A stretch of DNA of 64,000 nucleotides from Thermoanaerobaculia bacterium (GTDB taxonomy: Bacteria > Acidobacteriota > Thermoanaerobaculia > Multivoradales > JAGPDF01). Below are positions 50,100-63,535 of the stretch, in pieces. The notes beneath the pieces are model-generated. The model had not been told where the DNA came from, did no database searches, and saw only the letters and a program-made list of their open reading frames with translations. The DNA is taken from the NCBI GenBank assembly GCA_963821905.1, contig CAWGFP010000011.1, forward strand, positions 165,950 to 229,949. Direction: 5' to 3'. Made by a program: the position numbers and the translations under genes. How positions within the stretch are numbered: the stretch's first letter is position 1; each line of letters opens with the position of its first letter.

Positions 50100-51062
50100 C
50101 TAGAGCTCGATGCGCTCGCCCTCGACCGCCACTCGCATTCCCGCCGCCTCGATGCGGCGCCGCTCGGCGCTCGACAGGTTGGCGGCGGGGTTGGTGTGGT
50201 TGAGGTGGATGAAGACGATCTTGCGCCGCTCGCTCTCCGGCAACGGTGCGAATCGGGCCATGGATTCGGCGATGAAAGGGTGCGGTATGTCGGCCATCGA
50301 GCGCCCGGGGATCTCTCCGTCGGCGAAGAAGGTGCCGTCGAGGAGAGCGACGTCGACCTGACGCAGCACACTCTCGATCGCGGTTTCCCAACGTTCCCAC
50401 TTGTCGATGTCGGGAATGTAGAGCAGCGCGCGACGCGGCCCGCGCACGATGAAGCCGTGGGTGTCGGTGTACTCGGCGCGGTGGGGCACGGGCACCGGAG
50501 TGATGGATAGGCCTGCCGCGAGCGCAACGCTCTGGCCCGCAGCAAAGCGCTCCAGCTTCACGTTGCCGAGCTTGACGAGTTGATCCCAGGGAGCGTTCCT
50601 GCTCAAGAAGTCAGCCATTTGCGCCGAGCCCCAGACCGGCACTCCCTGAGCACCGTAGGCCTCACGTCCAAGCTGCGCGAGACCGAGGTAGTGGCCCATG
50701 TGGGCGTGGGTCAGGAAGATGCCATCGAAGAGCGGCCGCGAAGCGACAGCGCCGCTCGCATCACGCGTCGGCGGCTGGCCTTCGCTCCTGTCGACCTGCT
50801 CGCGCAGGTCCGGTGAAGCGTCGATCAGCCACCGCTTGCCCGAAGCAGGGTCGGCCACCAGGAGGGAGGAGACCAAACGCCGCCGAGCCGGGTCGCGTCG
50901 GGCCGCGACGTCTTCCGGGTTCTGGCCAGCGATCTGTGGCACACCGCCGTCCTGAGCGGTGCCCAGCACTAGAACGTAGGCGGGCTGGCTAGAGGCGAAG
51001 ACGGCGACCGCCAGCGCCGGCAATGCAACGGCGCCGATGGCCGCCAGCAGGCGGCGCTTCAA
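50100..51062 (-). CDS. secreted PqqB-like MBL-fold metallo-hydrolase
   Basis: Track ORF 320 aa with a signal peptide. Blocks are VLGTAQDGGVPQ, FLTHAHMGHYLGL and IFIHLNHTNP. Confidence 0.8.
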   Translation of the reverse strand: MKRRLLAAIGAVALPALAVAVFASSQPAYVLVLGTAQDGGVPQIAGQNPEDVAARRDPARRRLVSSLLVADPASGKRWLIDASPDLREQVDRSEGQPPTRDASGAVASRPLFDGIFLTHAHMGHYLGLAQLGREAYGAQGVPVWGSAQMADFLSRNAPWDQLVKLGNVKLERFAAGQSVALAAGLSITPVPVPHRAEYTDTHGFIVRGPRRALLYIPDIDKWERWETAIESVLRQVDVALLDGTFFADGEIPGRSMADIPHPFIAESMARFAPLPESERRKIVFIHLNHTNPAANLSSAERRRIEAAGMRVAVEGERIEL

Positions 51063-51271
51063 CTAGGGCCGCTCGCGGCGCCGCGCAGCAGGCCGTAGAG
51101 CTCGCCGTCCGCCACGCCGTAGGCGCAGGCCGGACAGCAGGCGTACTCGCGCGGCCAGACGGAGTCGTCGTCGTGCTGGTCGGTGATCGAGCCGCTGGTC
51201 GGCTCGCCGCACAGTACACAGTCGACTGGTACGGTCTCGCTGGGTGGCGCCGTCGCGTGGAGCTCTGCCAC
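51059..51271 (-). CDS. 70-aa Cys-rich (zinc-ribbon-like) protein, 4-nt overlap with the PqqB-like gene
   Basis: Track ORF with a GTG start after a GAGGGGGA RBS. It has CVLC...CCPAC Cys pairs. The function is unknown. Confidence 0.5.
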   Translation of the reverse strand: MAELHATAPPSETVPVDCVLCGEPTSGSITDQHDDDSVWPREYACCPACAYGVADGELYGLLRGAASGPS

Positions 51272-51506
51272 GATTCCCCCTCGCGGGCCGAAGCCCGCAC
51301 CTTCTCGAAGCTGATGCGAGAAGTGTGCGGCCGAAGGGCAGAAAAGTCAATAGATATGGCATCTTGCCGGTTTTGGCGGACGGCCGAACGCGGCGACAGA
51401 TCTGTTGCACGTTTGTCGCACGCGGCGGCACGGGCGGCGACTAGACTCGGGACGTGGCCAAGGGTCGGCCGGCGTTTTCTGCTACCTGAGCGGGAGGGTA
51501 CCCACC

Positions 51507-51812
51507 ATGCAGCAGCCTCCGAATCTTCGCGGCAGCGGTTTCCTCGTCCTCGCCAACGGCGATCAGTACGCCGCTCGCTACGACCTCAGCAGGGCGCTGG
51601 CGCCGATGTCGCGGCCCGGCCGCTGGGCGGAGAACCGGCGCTACCACGGGGTCGTGAGCGTCTTCGACTACGCCGACAGCGTGATTCCGGCCGCCACTCA
51701 CCTGGTCCTCGACGACGGCCGCCGCTTCGCGCTACGCAGCTGCGACACCAGCGCGGAGCCAGGGGTTTTCGCCGTCAAGACCGGCGTGGCGGCTGAAGTC
51801 GCGGCCCACTGA
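51507..51812 (+). CDS. hypothetical protein (101 aa)
   Basis: From codon 35 of ORF 51405..51812 (MQQPPNLRGSGFLVLANG...). The composition looks like coding sequence, but I recognise no motif. Confidence 0.4.
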   Translation: MQQPPNLRGSGFLVLANGDQYAARYDLSRALAPMSRPGRWAENRRYHGVVSVFDYADSVIPAATHLVLDDGRRFALRSCDTSAEPGVFAVKTGVAAEVAAH

Positions 51813-51930
51813 GAGGCCGGCAGTTACCGGCAAAGGCTCGCGGTCGCGCAGCGACTCGTCCCAGCGTTAGAAACATCGTCGGCTTCGGGGCGTTATTCCT
51901 ACAGGGGTCCTCACGGAGCCCCCACGACCG

Positions 51931-52680
51931 ATGGCCACGCCTCCTCCCAACCCCCTCCCCGCCGGCGCCGGCGCATTTGCCTGGTGGCGCGGCCAACCGA
52001 CGCTTCGCCGCCTCGAGCCGGCCCTGTTCGTCGTCGGGGCCGTCGTGCTGTGCAATCTGCCGCTGGTTTCCAGCCGGCAAGTGGAGGCGTTCACCCAGAC
52101 GAACCTCGGAATCGCCCTGGAGCGGGCGGGGCGCCCCATCGACGCCGAGCTCAGGTATCGCGATGCGATCGACTTGTCGCCGCGCAACGCCGACGCGCTC
52201 TCCAACCTCGGCACGCTGGTCGGAGCGAGCGGCCGGCACGGCGAGGCGATCGAGCTGCTGCGCCGCGCCGTCGCGGCGGATCCCGGGCACGCCAAGGCTC
52301 ACACCCACCTCGGCCTGTCGCTCGCGGCGGCCGGCCACGAGCGGGAGGCGCTAGCGGCCTTCCATCGCGCCGTCGAGCTCGATCCCGGAGATGACGAGGC
52401 CTGCTACAACCTCGGCGCTGCACTCGCCCAAGCCGGCGACCACGACGGGGCGCTCCGCTGGCTGCGGGCCGCGATCACCGCCCAGCCGCGCAACGCCGCC
52501 GCGCACAACCAACTCGGCAGCCTTCTCGTCTCGACGGGCAACCTGCGTGAAGGCATCGCCGAGTTCCGGGCCGCCCTCGCAATTCAGCCTGGCTTCGCCG
52601 AGGCGAGCGCCAACCTCGAGCGAGCTCTGACGGTCGCCCAGAAGAGCACGCCACCCGTCCCGAGGTTTCACTTCGGCTGA
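51931..52680 (+). CDS. TPR-repeat protein with N-terminal TM segment
   Basis: Track ORF 249 aa. It has five to six tandem 34-aa TPR units (e.g. AELRYRDAIDLSPRNADALSNLG and AFHRAVELDPGDDEACYNLG). Confidence 0.8.
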   Translation: MATPPPNPLPAGAGAFAWWRGQPTLRRLEPALFVVGAVVLCNLPLVSSRQVEAFTQTNLGIALERAGRPIDAELRYRDAIDLSPRNADALSNLGTLVGASGRHGEAIELLRRAVAADPGHAKAHTHLGLSLAAAGHEREALAAFHRAVELDPGDDEACYNLGAALAQAGDHDGALRWLRAAITAQPRNAAAHNQLGSLLVSTGNLREGIAEFRAALAIQPGFAEASANLERALTVAQKSTPPVPRFHFG

Positions 52681-53459
52681 GCCTGCACCGGCCAGCGCCG
52701 CTTGATCCGATCGAAGCAGAACGTGGGGTCGCCGCCTTCCAGGTGGCAGAGCTGCATCTCGAGATAGCGCACGCGGTCGCCGTAGCGAACCTCGTCTTCG
52801 CCGGCGCGCCGCTGGCGCTCCTCGGCTTCGAACCTGGCGAATGCATCGCGGCCCTCGACTTCGCCCAAGGGTGAAGCCTCGTCCCGAACTCCTCCCGGAG
52901 GATGCTGCTTTCGCCACTCCCACGGCGCAATCGCGTCGCCCCGGCGCCAGATCCCGATGCGTACCTTCTGCGCACCCAGCAGCGCTCTCGCCATGCCCTC
53001 ACCGAGCGGGCCCACCGCCGGCCAGGCGAGGCCCAAGGCCACGAGCTGCTCCGCGAGATCGCGGCCACCGTCCAACTGGGCCACCCCCTGCCACTCCCCG
53101 TCGCTCTCGCCATTCACCGTCACGTACGCCGGCCGCCGCGCCAGCGCCGCTCCGGCGACCGCCGCGGCTGTCGTTCCGAACGGCTGATCCGGCTCGGGCC
53201 CGTCGATCGTCTCGAGGTGAAGCGTCTTCGACACCAACCCGCAACGCACCGCCAGGGTGTCGGCGCCGATGGCGCCGCGCACGACGCAGTCGATTTGGAA
53301 CGGCAGCGGCGCCGCCGCCAGAAGCGAGCCCGCCGAGAATGCCGCCAGCGCTTGCACGAACCTGGGCACCGTGGACCTCCGCCGACATCGAGCGCCTGCT
53401 GAAGATTCTGCGACCGCACCCGGCGCACCGCCGGCGACCGTCACTGGCCGCCCTTTCAT
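52668..53459 (-). CDS. staphylococcal-nuclease (SNase/thermonuclease)-like protein with C-terminal extension; start uncertain
   Basis: Track ORF 263 aa. HLETIDGPEPDQPFG, RDLAEQLVALGLAW and KVRIGIWRRGDAIAPWEWRK match the SNase pattern. A probable signal peptide starts near VPRFVQALAAF. Confidence 0.7.
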   Translation of the reverse strand: MKGRPVTVAGGAPGAVAESSAGARCRRRSTVPRFVQALAAFSAGSLLAAAPLPFQIDCVVRGAIGADTLAVRCGLVSKTLHLETIDGPEPDQPFGTTAAAVAGAALARRPAYVTVNGESDGEWQGVAQLDGGRDLAEQLVALGLAWPAVGPLGEGMARALLGAQKVRIGIWRRGDAIAPWEWRKQHPPGGVRDEASPLGEVEGRDAFARFEAEERQRRAGEDEVRYGDRVRYLEMQLCHLEGGDPTFCFDRIKRRWPVQAQPK

Positions 53460-53956
53460 AGGGCCGGCTGCGACCGAGGCGGGACGTTGGGTGGATCGTC
53501 GTTAAGACGCCACAGCCGGTAGCCCCAGGCCGTCGCATAGACAAAGTAGAGGAGGTAGGGACCGAAGATTGCTGCAGCAAGGAGGTCGAGAAGGAGCAGC
53601 TGAATGAAAAGAGCGACAGCGATCGCTGAGTACGGAAAGAAGAAGAGAAAACTGGCGTGGAGATTCTGGCGTCGAAAGAAGATGAAGTTGAATGCTGCGT
53701 TAGCGACCATGAGTCCGAGGACCGTTGTCAGTGCCGAGCTTCTGAGTGGGCTCGATGGCAGCGTCAGTAGACGCCAGAGCATTGCAAAGCACAAGTTGTA
53801 GTAGATCGCGCCGACGACAACCCAGGCGCCGAACGGGAGGGCCCAGCGCGGCGCCCGGAGTGCGGCAAGGCGCGCCTTGACGCCGCGGCCAGCTGCTGCG
53901 CCCTCGAGGAGGGCCGCAAGGGTACAGATGCCGAGGGCGATGAGCGCTGCCTTCAT
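53456..53956 (-). CDS. TspO/MBR-like tryptophan-rich membrane protein
   Basis: From codon 22 of ORF 53456..54019 (MKAALIALG...). It has 5 predicted TM segments, LRAPRWALPFGAWVVVGAIYY, NAAFNFIFF and PYLLYFVYATAWGYRLWRLN. The GC content is about 50%, against about 70% for the window. Confidence 0.6.
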   Translation of the reverse strand: MKAALIALGICTLAALLEGAAAGRGVKARLAALRAPRWALPFGAWVVVGAIYYNLCFAMLWRLLTLPSSPLRSSALTTVLGLMVANAAFNFIFFRRQNLHASFLFFFPYSAIAVALFIQLLLLDLLAAAIFGPYLLYFVYATAWGYRLWRLNDDPPNVPPRSQPAL

Positions 53957-53981
53957 GCAGGCGGTCTCGCGAAGCCTGTGG

Positions 53982-54458
53982 CTACAGAGGCGCTTCTGCC
54001 AAGCGCCTCGCGCCCTCAATGGTGCGCAAGGCCCTGCGTGCCATGAGACGCCGCAGAAAGAGGGCGTTCAACACTCTCATCTTCCACCCAATTGGCTCGT
54101 AGTACGCTTCAAGGACCACGTCCGTTTCGAAGTCCCCCTGCGGCACGAGGACAGTGTTCACGACGAAGTCCCGAAGCATCTTGCTGATTCCCCAGGTGTC
54201 TTCGGGAAAAGCCGTAGCGAATCGTTCGCCTGGGACGTAGTCGACAACTTCTTCAACACAACTGCCTTTCCTACCCTCCAGTATCGTGCATCGGTACTTC
54301 ACGCCCGTTGCCCTCGTGCGCTGCCCTGATAGGAGATCAACCTTCCCGACCTCGGGATGGTACTGAGGGATCAGTGATATGTCGTCAACGATCGCCCATA
54401 GGCGGTCACGCGAGGCTCTGATCCTCAACGACGTTCTCCACTGAAGGCGCCCTTTCAT
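53982..54458 (-). CDS. SRPBCC (polyketide cyclase/START-like) protein
   Basis: Track ORF 158 aa. The sequence RDRLWAIVDDISLIPQYHPEV fits the family. It lies in the same lower-GC islet. Confidence 0.7.
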   Translation of the reverse strand: MKGRLQWRTSLRIRASRDRLWAIVDDISLIPQYHPEVGKVDLLSGQRTRATGVKYRCTILEGRKGSCVEEVVDYVPGERFATAFPEDTWGISKMLRDFVVNTVLVPQGDFETDVVLEAYYEPIGWKMRVLNALFLRRLMARRALRTIEGARRLAEAPL

Positions 54459-54476
54459 CTCAGAGTTCCTTTCACT

Positions 54477-55769
54477 TCAGGAGTTCCTTGCTGGTGTTTC
54501 GGGGCGCGGCCGAGGCGCCATTTGAGCGCCGGCGGAGTGACCATGGTGGTGACGATCACCATCACCACCACCGCCGAGAACGATGCACGGTCGATGACCG
54601 GCTGGCCGCCGCATGGTCAGCGCCGCGCCGATGTTCGCGAAGATCAGGCCTACCTCGCCGCGCGGGATCATGCCGATGCCGACCGCCCACGCGATCGATG
54701 CGCGCGGCCCGTGGCGCCCAGCGAGCAGGCCTGCTTGCCGAGGATCGCGGCCACGGTCAGCGCCGCCGCCAGCACCGAGCACGCCCGGCTCGAGGAATGA
54801 CGCCAGGTCCGTGCGCATGCCCATCAGCACGAAGAAGATCGGCACCAGGAACGCAGCGATCGGCTGGACAAGCTCCTCCAAGCCCGTGTTCGCCACGCTC
54901 GACGAAGCCGCGGTAGTGCACGTCTTCCAGGATCAGTCCAGCCGCGAAGGCGCCGACGATCGGCGCGAGGCCGATGGCGTCCGCCAGCCACGAAAGAAAG
55001 AAGCAGAAAGCCAGACCGATCGCCAGGAGAACACCGCGCGCCCGCAGTCGCGATGCCAGCGCGAAGAGCCGCGGCGAGAGCCAGACGCCGAGCACGAGCG
55101 GAGCCGACCAGGAAGCCCGACGCCTTGCCGATAGTGACCGCCACTTCGGCGACCGACAGCGAGCCGCCCGCATCCGCCGCGGCGATCACGCCGGTGACCA
55201 CCGCGAGCACGACGAGGCCGAGCACGTCGTCGATCACCGCGGCGCCCAGGATGACGCGCGCTTCGTCGCTCTGCGAGCGGCCGAGGTCCTTGAGCACGCG
55301 CGCGGTGATGCCGACGCTGGTGGCGCAGAGGGTGGCGCCGAGGAACGCGTGCACGTAGACGCTGCGGTCCGGCAGCAGCCAGGCGCCGACCGCCCAGCCC
55401 AGCGCAAAGGGCACCACGACGCCGAGCGCGGCGACGCGCAATGCCGACCAGCCGACCCGCATCATCTGGCCGACGGTCGATTCGAGGCCGACCTCGAAGA
55501 GCAGGATGAGGACGCCGATGCGCGCCAGCATGTCGAGGTTGGCGTCGGTGGCCAGGAACTCGAGGGCGCTGAATCCCACCAGACTCAGGTTGCCCAGCGA
55601 CCACGCCGAAGAGCAGCTCGCCCAGCACGGCGGGCTGGCCGAATCGCACCGCCAGCTCGCCGCCGAGTTTGGCGGCGAGCAGTATGACGACGAGCGCCAG
55701 GGCCACCGGGGCGACGGGGTCGTGATGCGCCGCGCCGGTAGCCGCGGCGAGCGGGAACAACGCGTCCAT
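54477..55769 (-). pseudogene. CPA2-type cation:proton antiporter (Kef/NapA-like), several frameshifts; 3' end (54457 or 54477) uncertain
   Basis: Pieces are MDALFPLAAA...VVILLAAKLGGELAVRFGQPAVLGELLFGVV (ORF 54933 frame from ATG 55769) and LARIGVLILLFEVGLES...ATSVGITARVLKDLG...VIDDVLGLVVLAV (ORF 54824). They continue with IGLAPIVGAFAAGLIL (ORF 54757) and IPRGEVGLIFANIG (ORF 54477). Confidence 0.75.
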
Positions 55770-55862
55770 CAACCGAGCCTCGCAGGTGCGGCGCGGCCGA
55801 ACGATGGCGGAGAGACGGAGAGCGGGCCGAACAACGCAGGGCACCCCCCATAAGGCAAGGGA

Positions 55863-55920
55863 GTGAATGGCGGCCCGACCATTCACGGAGACCTCCAACG
55901 TTCAAGCGGAGCGTTGGACC
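55863..55920 (-). promoter_or_regulatory. two-hairpin leader motif, copy A (sense on minus strand, about 95 nt upstream of the antiporter ATG)
   Basis: The minus strand reads ggtCCAACGctccgcttgaaCGTTGGAGGTCtccgtGAATGGtcgggccgCCATTCac. It begins about 32 nt downstream of a minus-strand TTGACA (55958-55953). Confidence 0.4.
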
Positions 55921-56030
55921 CGAGGGCGCAGGTTCGCCGATGATCGGCGTTGTGTCAAGCTCGCGCTCACCCGAGCGGGAGGTTGACAATCGCTCGCGGG
56001 TGTTGCGATGCTCTTCTCGTAGGTCGAAGG

Positions 56031-56088
56031 GTTCAGCGTTCGTCCTGAACGCTGGAGGTCAAGACGGATGGTCGGGCCGCCATCCGGA
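56031..56088 (+). promoter_or_regulatory. two-hairpin leader motif, copy B (sense on plus strand)
   Basis: The plus strand reads gttCAGCGTTCgtcctGAACGCTGGAGGTCaagacGGATGGtcgggccgCCATCCgg. It begins about 41 nt downstream of a plus-strand TTGACA (55983-55988) and is about 72% identical to copy A, with compensatory stem changes. Confidence 0.4.
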
Positions 56089-56322
56089 ACCGCCCAAAGC
56101 AAAGCCCGGAAACGGGCTTCACGAGGCCGTGGTCGCCGATCACGCCGCTCGGGCTTGGGTAATTCCGGAGGATCCGCATTGTTCGGATACGAGACGGCTC
56201 AGGACCATCGTCACCAGAGGCTCTTGCGAGTCATGAAGATTCTTTTCGCGGTGCTCGTCGCCGCCGGCGCGCTGGTTCTGGTGACCATGTAGCGGGGGCT
56301 CGCAGCCCGAGGAGCGACGCCC

Positions 56323-56357
56323 AGAAAAACCACGGGCGGCCATCGCTGGCCGCCCGT
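56323..56357 (-). terminator. rho-independent terminator downstream of tRNA-Ala
   Basis: The minus strand reads acgggcggcc-agcgat-ggccgcccgt (10-bp perfect stem, 56332-56357), followed by ggtttttctgg. Confidence 0.65.
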
Positions 56358-56389
56358 TCATATCTTCAACCCTACGAGGGATTTGCTGC

Positions 56390-56465
<76 letters not shown>

Positions 56466-56527
56466 GAGGGAGCGCGCAGTTTATTCGCCGCGGCGGGGGG
56501 TGTCAAACCAGGCCGGGGCCGTCCGGC

Positions 56528-61788
<5,261 letters not shown>

Positions 61789-61809
61789 GGCGGCGTGGTG
61801 GGGGTCGAG

Positions 61810-62928
61810 TTACGGCGCGATCGCCGCGGCCAGCGTGGAGCTGCGTCCAAGGCGGCGCGCGACCGTCGCGCGCAGCGTCTCCAAACCCTCGCCGGTGCGC
61901 GCCGAAACCCAGAGCTCGGGACCGCCGCGCGCCGGTCGCTCGTCCAGGCGGTCGATCTTGTTGTAGACCACCACGACGCGGTCCGGATCGACGCCCAGGT
62001 CGCCGAGCACTTCCTGCGCGACGTCGCGTTGCTCCTCCCATCGCGGGTGACTGCGATCGACCACGTGCAGCACGAGGTCGGCGAAGGTGACCTCTTCCAG
62101 CGTGCTCTTGAAGGAGGCCACCAGGTGATGCGGCAGCTTGCGAATGAAACCAACGGTGTCGGCGAACACCGCCACCTGGCCGTTGCCCAGCGAGCCGCGC
62201 CTCAGTTTGGAGTCGAGGGTCGCGAAGAGACGGTTCTCGGCCAGCGCGCCGGCGTTGGTGAGCGCGTTGAAGAGCGTCGACTTGCCGGCGTTGGTGTAGC
62301 CGGCGAGGGCCACCGTCGCGGTGCCCTCGCGGCCACGGCGCTGTACTTCGCGGGTGCGCTCGATCTTCTCGAGCTCGCGCTCGAGTCGCTGAATGCGCCG
62401 GCGCAGCACGCGGCGGTCGGCCTCGAGCTGAGTCTCGCCTTCACCGCCGCGGGCGCCGGTAGAACCCTCTTGGCGCGAAAGGTGGCGCCACAAGCGGGTG
62501 AGACGCGGCAAGGTGTAGCGCATCTGAGCCAGCTCGACTTGCGTGCGCGCCTCGCGGCTGCGGGCGCGCTGGACGAAGATCTCGAGGATGAGCGCGCTGC
62601 GATCCATCACCTGAACCGCCAACGCGTTCTCGAGATTCTTCACCTGCGAGGGCGAGAGATCGTCGTCGAAGAGAACCAGATCGGCCCCCAGCTCGCGCGC
62701 TGTCTGGGCGATCTCCTCGGCCTTGCCGCGGCCGATGAACGTCGCGGGCTCGGGCGCGGGACGGCGCTGGATGGCCTGGCCGACAACGCGGGTGCCGGCC
62801 GAGCGCGCCAGCTCCTCGAGCTCGGAGAGATGCTCCTCGACTTGAAAGCCGGGCTGAGGGCCCAGCACCACTCCGACGAGAAACGCGCGGCGGCTATCGG
62901 GGGTGGTGGAGTGTGCGACCGAATGCAA
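61810..62928 (-). CDS. hflX: GTPase HflX
   Basis: Intact 372-aa ORF with FIGRGKAEEI, LSPSQVKNLE, VALAGYTNAGKSTLFNALT, DTVGFIRKLPHHLVASFKSTLEE and NKID blocks. Confidence 0.9.
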   Translation of the reverse strand: MHSVAHSTTPDSRRAFLVGVVLGPQPGFQVEEHLSELEELARSAGTRVVGQAIQRRPAPEPATFIGRGKAEEIAQTARELGADLVLFDDDLSPSQVKNLENALAVQVMDRSALILEIFVQRARSREARTQVELAQMRYTLPRLTRLWRHLSRQEGSTGARGGEGETQLEADRRVLRRRIQRLERELEKIERTREVQRRGREGTATVALAGYTNAGKSTLFNALTNAGALAENRLFATLDSKLRRGSLGNGQVAVFADTVGFIRKLPHHLVASFKSTLEEVTFADLVLHVVDRSHPRWEEQRDVAQEVLGDLGVDPDRVVVVYNKIDRLDERPARGGPELWVSARTGEGLETLRATVARRLGRSSTLAAAIAP

Positions 62929-62980
62929 GGGACGTTGCCTGATCGAGTATTCTAGGTGGACTGCGCTTCAGGGTCAATCG

Positions 62981-63535
62981 ATGACCCCTGGCCACGAAAT
63001 GGACCCGGCACTCTCCCCGAGCAAGAAACTGCCGGCCATCGCGCTCGCCGCGCTGGTGGTCTGCGGCGCTGCCGCTCTCTTCTGGCCGTCGGGCGCCGAG
63101 CAGAACGATTCGGCGGGATACCTCGTCGACGTCAACGGCCGTCCGGCTCCGCTGGGCGATCGGCTCGAGCCCGTCACTCTCGTCCATTTCTGGGCGACCT
63201 GGTGCCCGCCGTGCCTGACCGAGATCCCGGCCATCCTGCGCCTGCGCGATGAGCTCGCGCGGCCGGGGACTTTCGCAGTCGTGCTGGTGGCAGTGAGTGA
63301 TTCACCCGAGAAGGTGAAACCGTTCCTCGGCGAGGCTTCCGACGAAGCTCTTTTCGATCCGCGCTGGGAAGTGGCGCGCCGTTATGGGACGCAACTGCTC
63401 CCCGAAACCTACGTGCTGGTGGACGGCAAGGTGGCCGACAAGTTCGTCGGCGCGACGGACTGGGATGACCGCGCAATTCGCCAGCGCATCGAGGCTCGCC
63501 TGCCTGCCGCGCGGTTGGCGGGCTCCAGCCGCTGA
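62981..63535 (+). CDS. TlpA/ResA-like membrane-anchored thiol-disulfide oxidoreductase (thioredoxin fold)
   Basis: From codon 27 of ORF 62903..63535 (MTPGHEMDPALS...). It has a TM anchor and the redox motif HFWATWCPPCLTEIP. Confidence 0.8.
   Translation: MTPGHEMDPALSPSKKLPAIALAALVVCGAAALFWPSGAEQNDSAGYLVDVNGRPAPLGDRLEPVTLVHFWATWCPPCLTEIPAILRLRDELARPGTFAVVLVAVSDSPEKVKPFLGEASDEALFDPRWEVARRYGTQLLPETYVLVDGKVADKFVGATDWDDRAIRQRIEARLPAARLAGSSR

Noticed and set aside
56233-56292. A 19-aa hydrophobic small ORF (MKILFAVLVAAGALVLVTM*) downstream of leader copy B.
   Set aside because: It has no convincing Shine-Dalgarno sequence and is too short to assess. The hairpin after it carries its U-tract on the opposite strand, where it serves as the tRNA-Ala terminator. 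I keep it only as context for the leader-motif finding.
55900-56330. Whether the long non-coding gap hides RNase P RNA, tmRNA, SRP RNA, or a cobalamin, c-di-GMP or fluoride riboswitch.
   Set aside because: The signature strings I know are absent: GAGGAAAGUCCGGGC, GGAAGCAGCC, a tmRNA tag ORF with a tRNA-like end, and the GCCACUG B12 box. The resemblance to the fluoride (crcB) layout (hairpin, AACCGCC linker, GCCCGgaaaCGGGC hairpin) lacks the conserved CUGAUGA..CCUAC 3' part. The GCAAAGCCCGG similarity to GEMM-I is too short.
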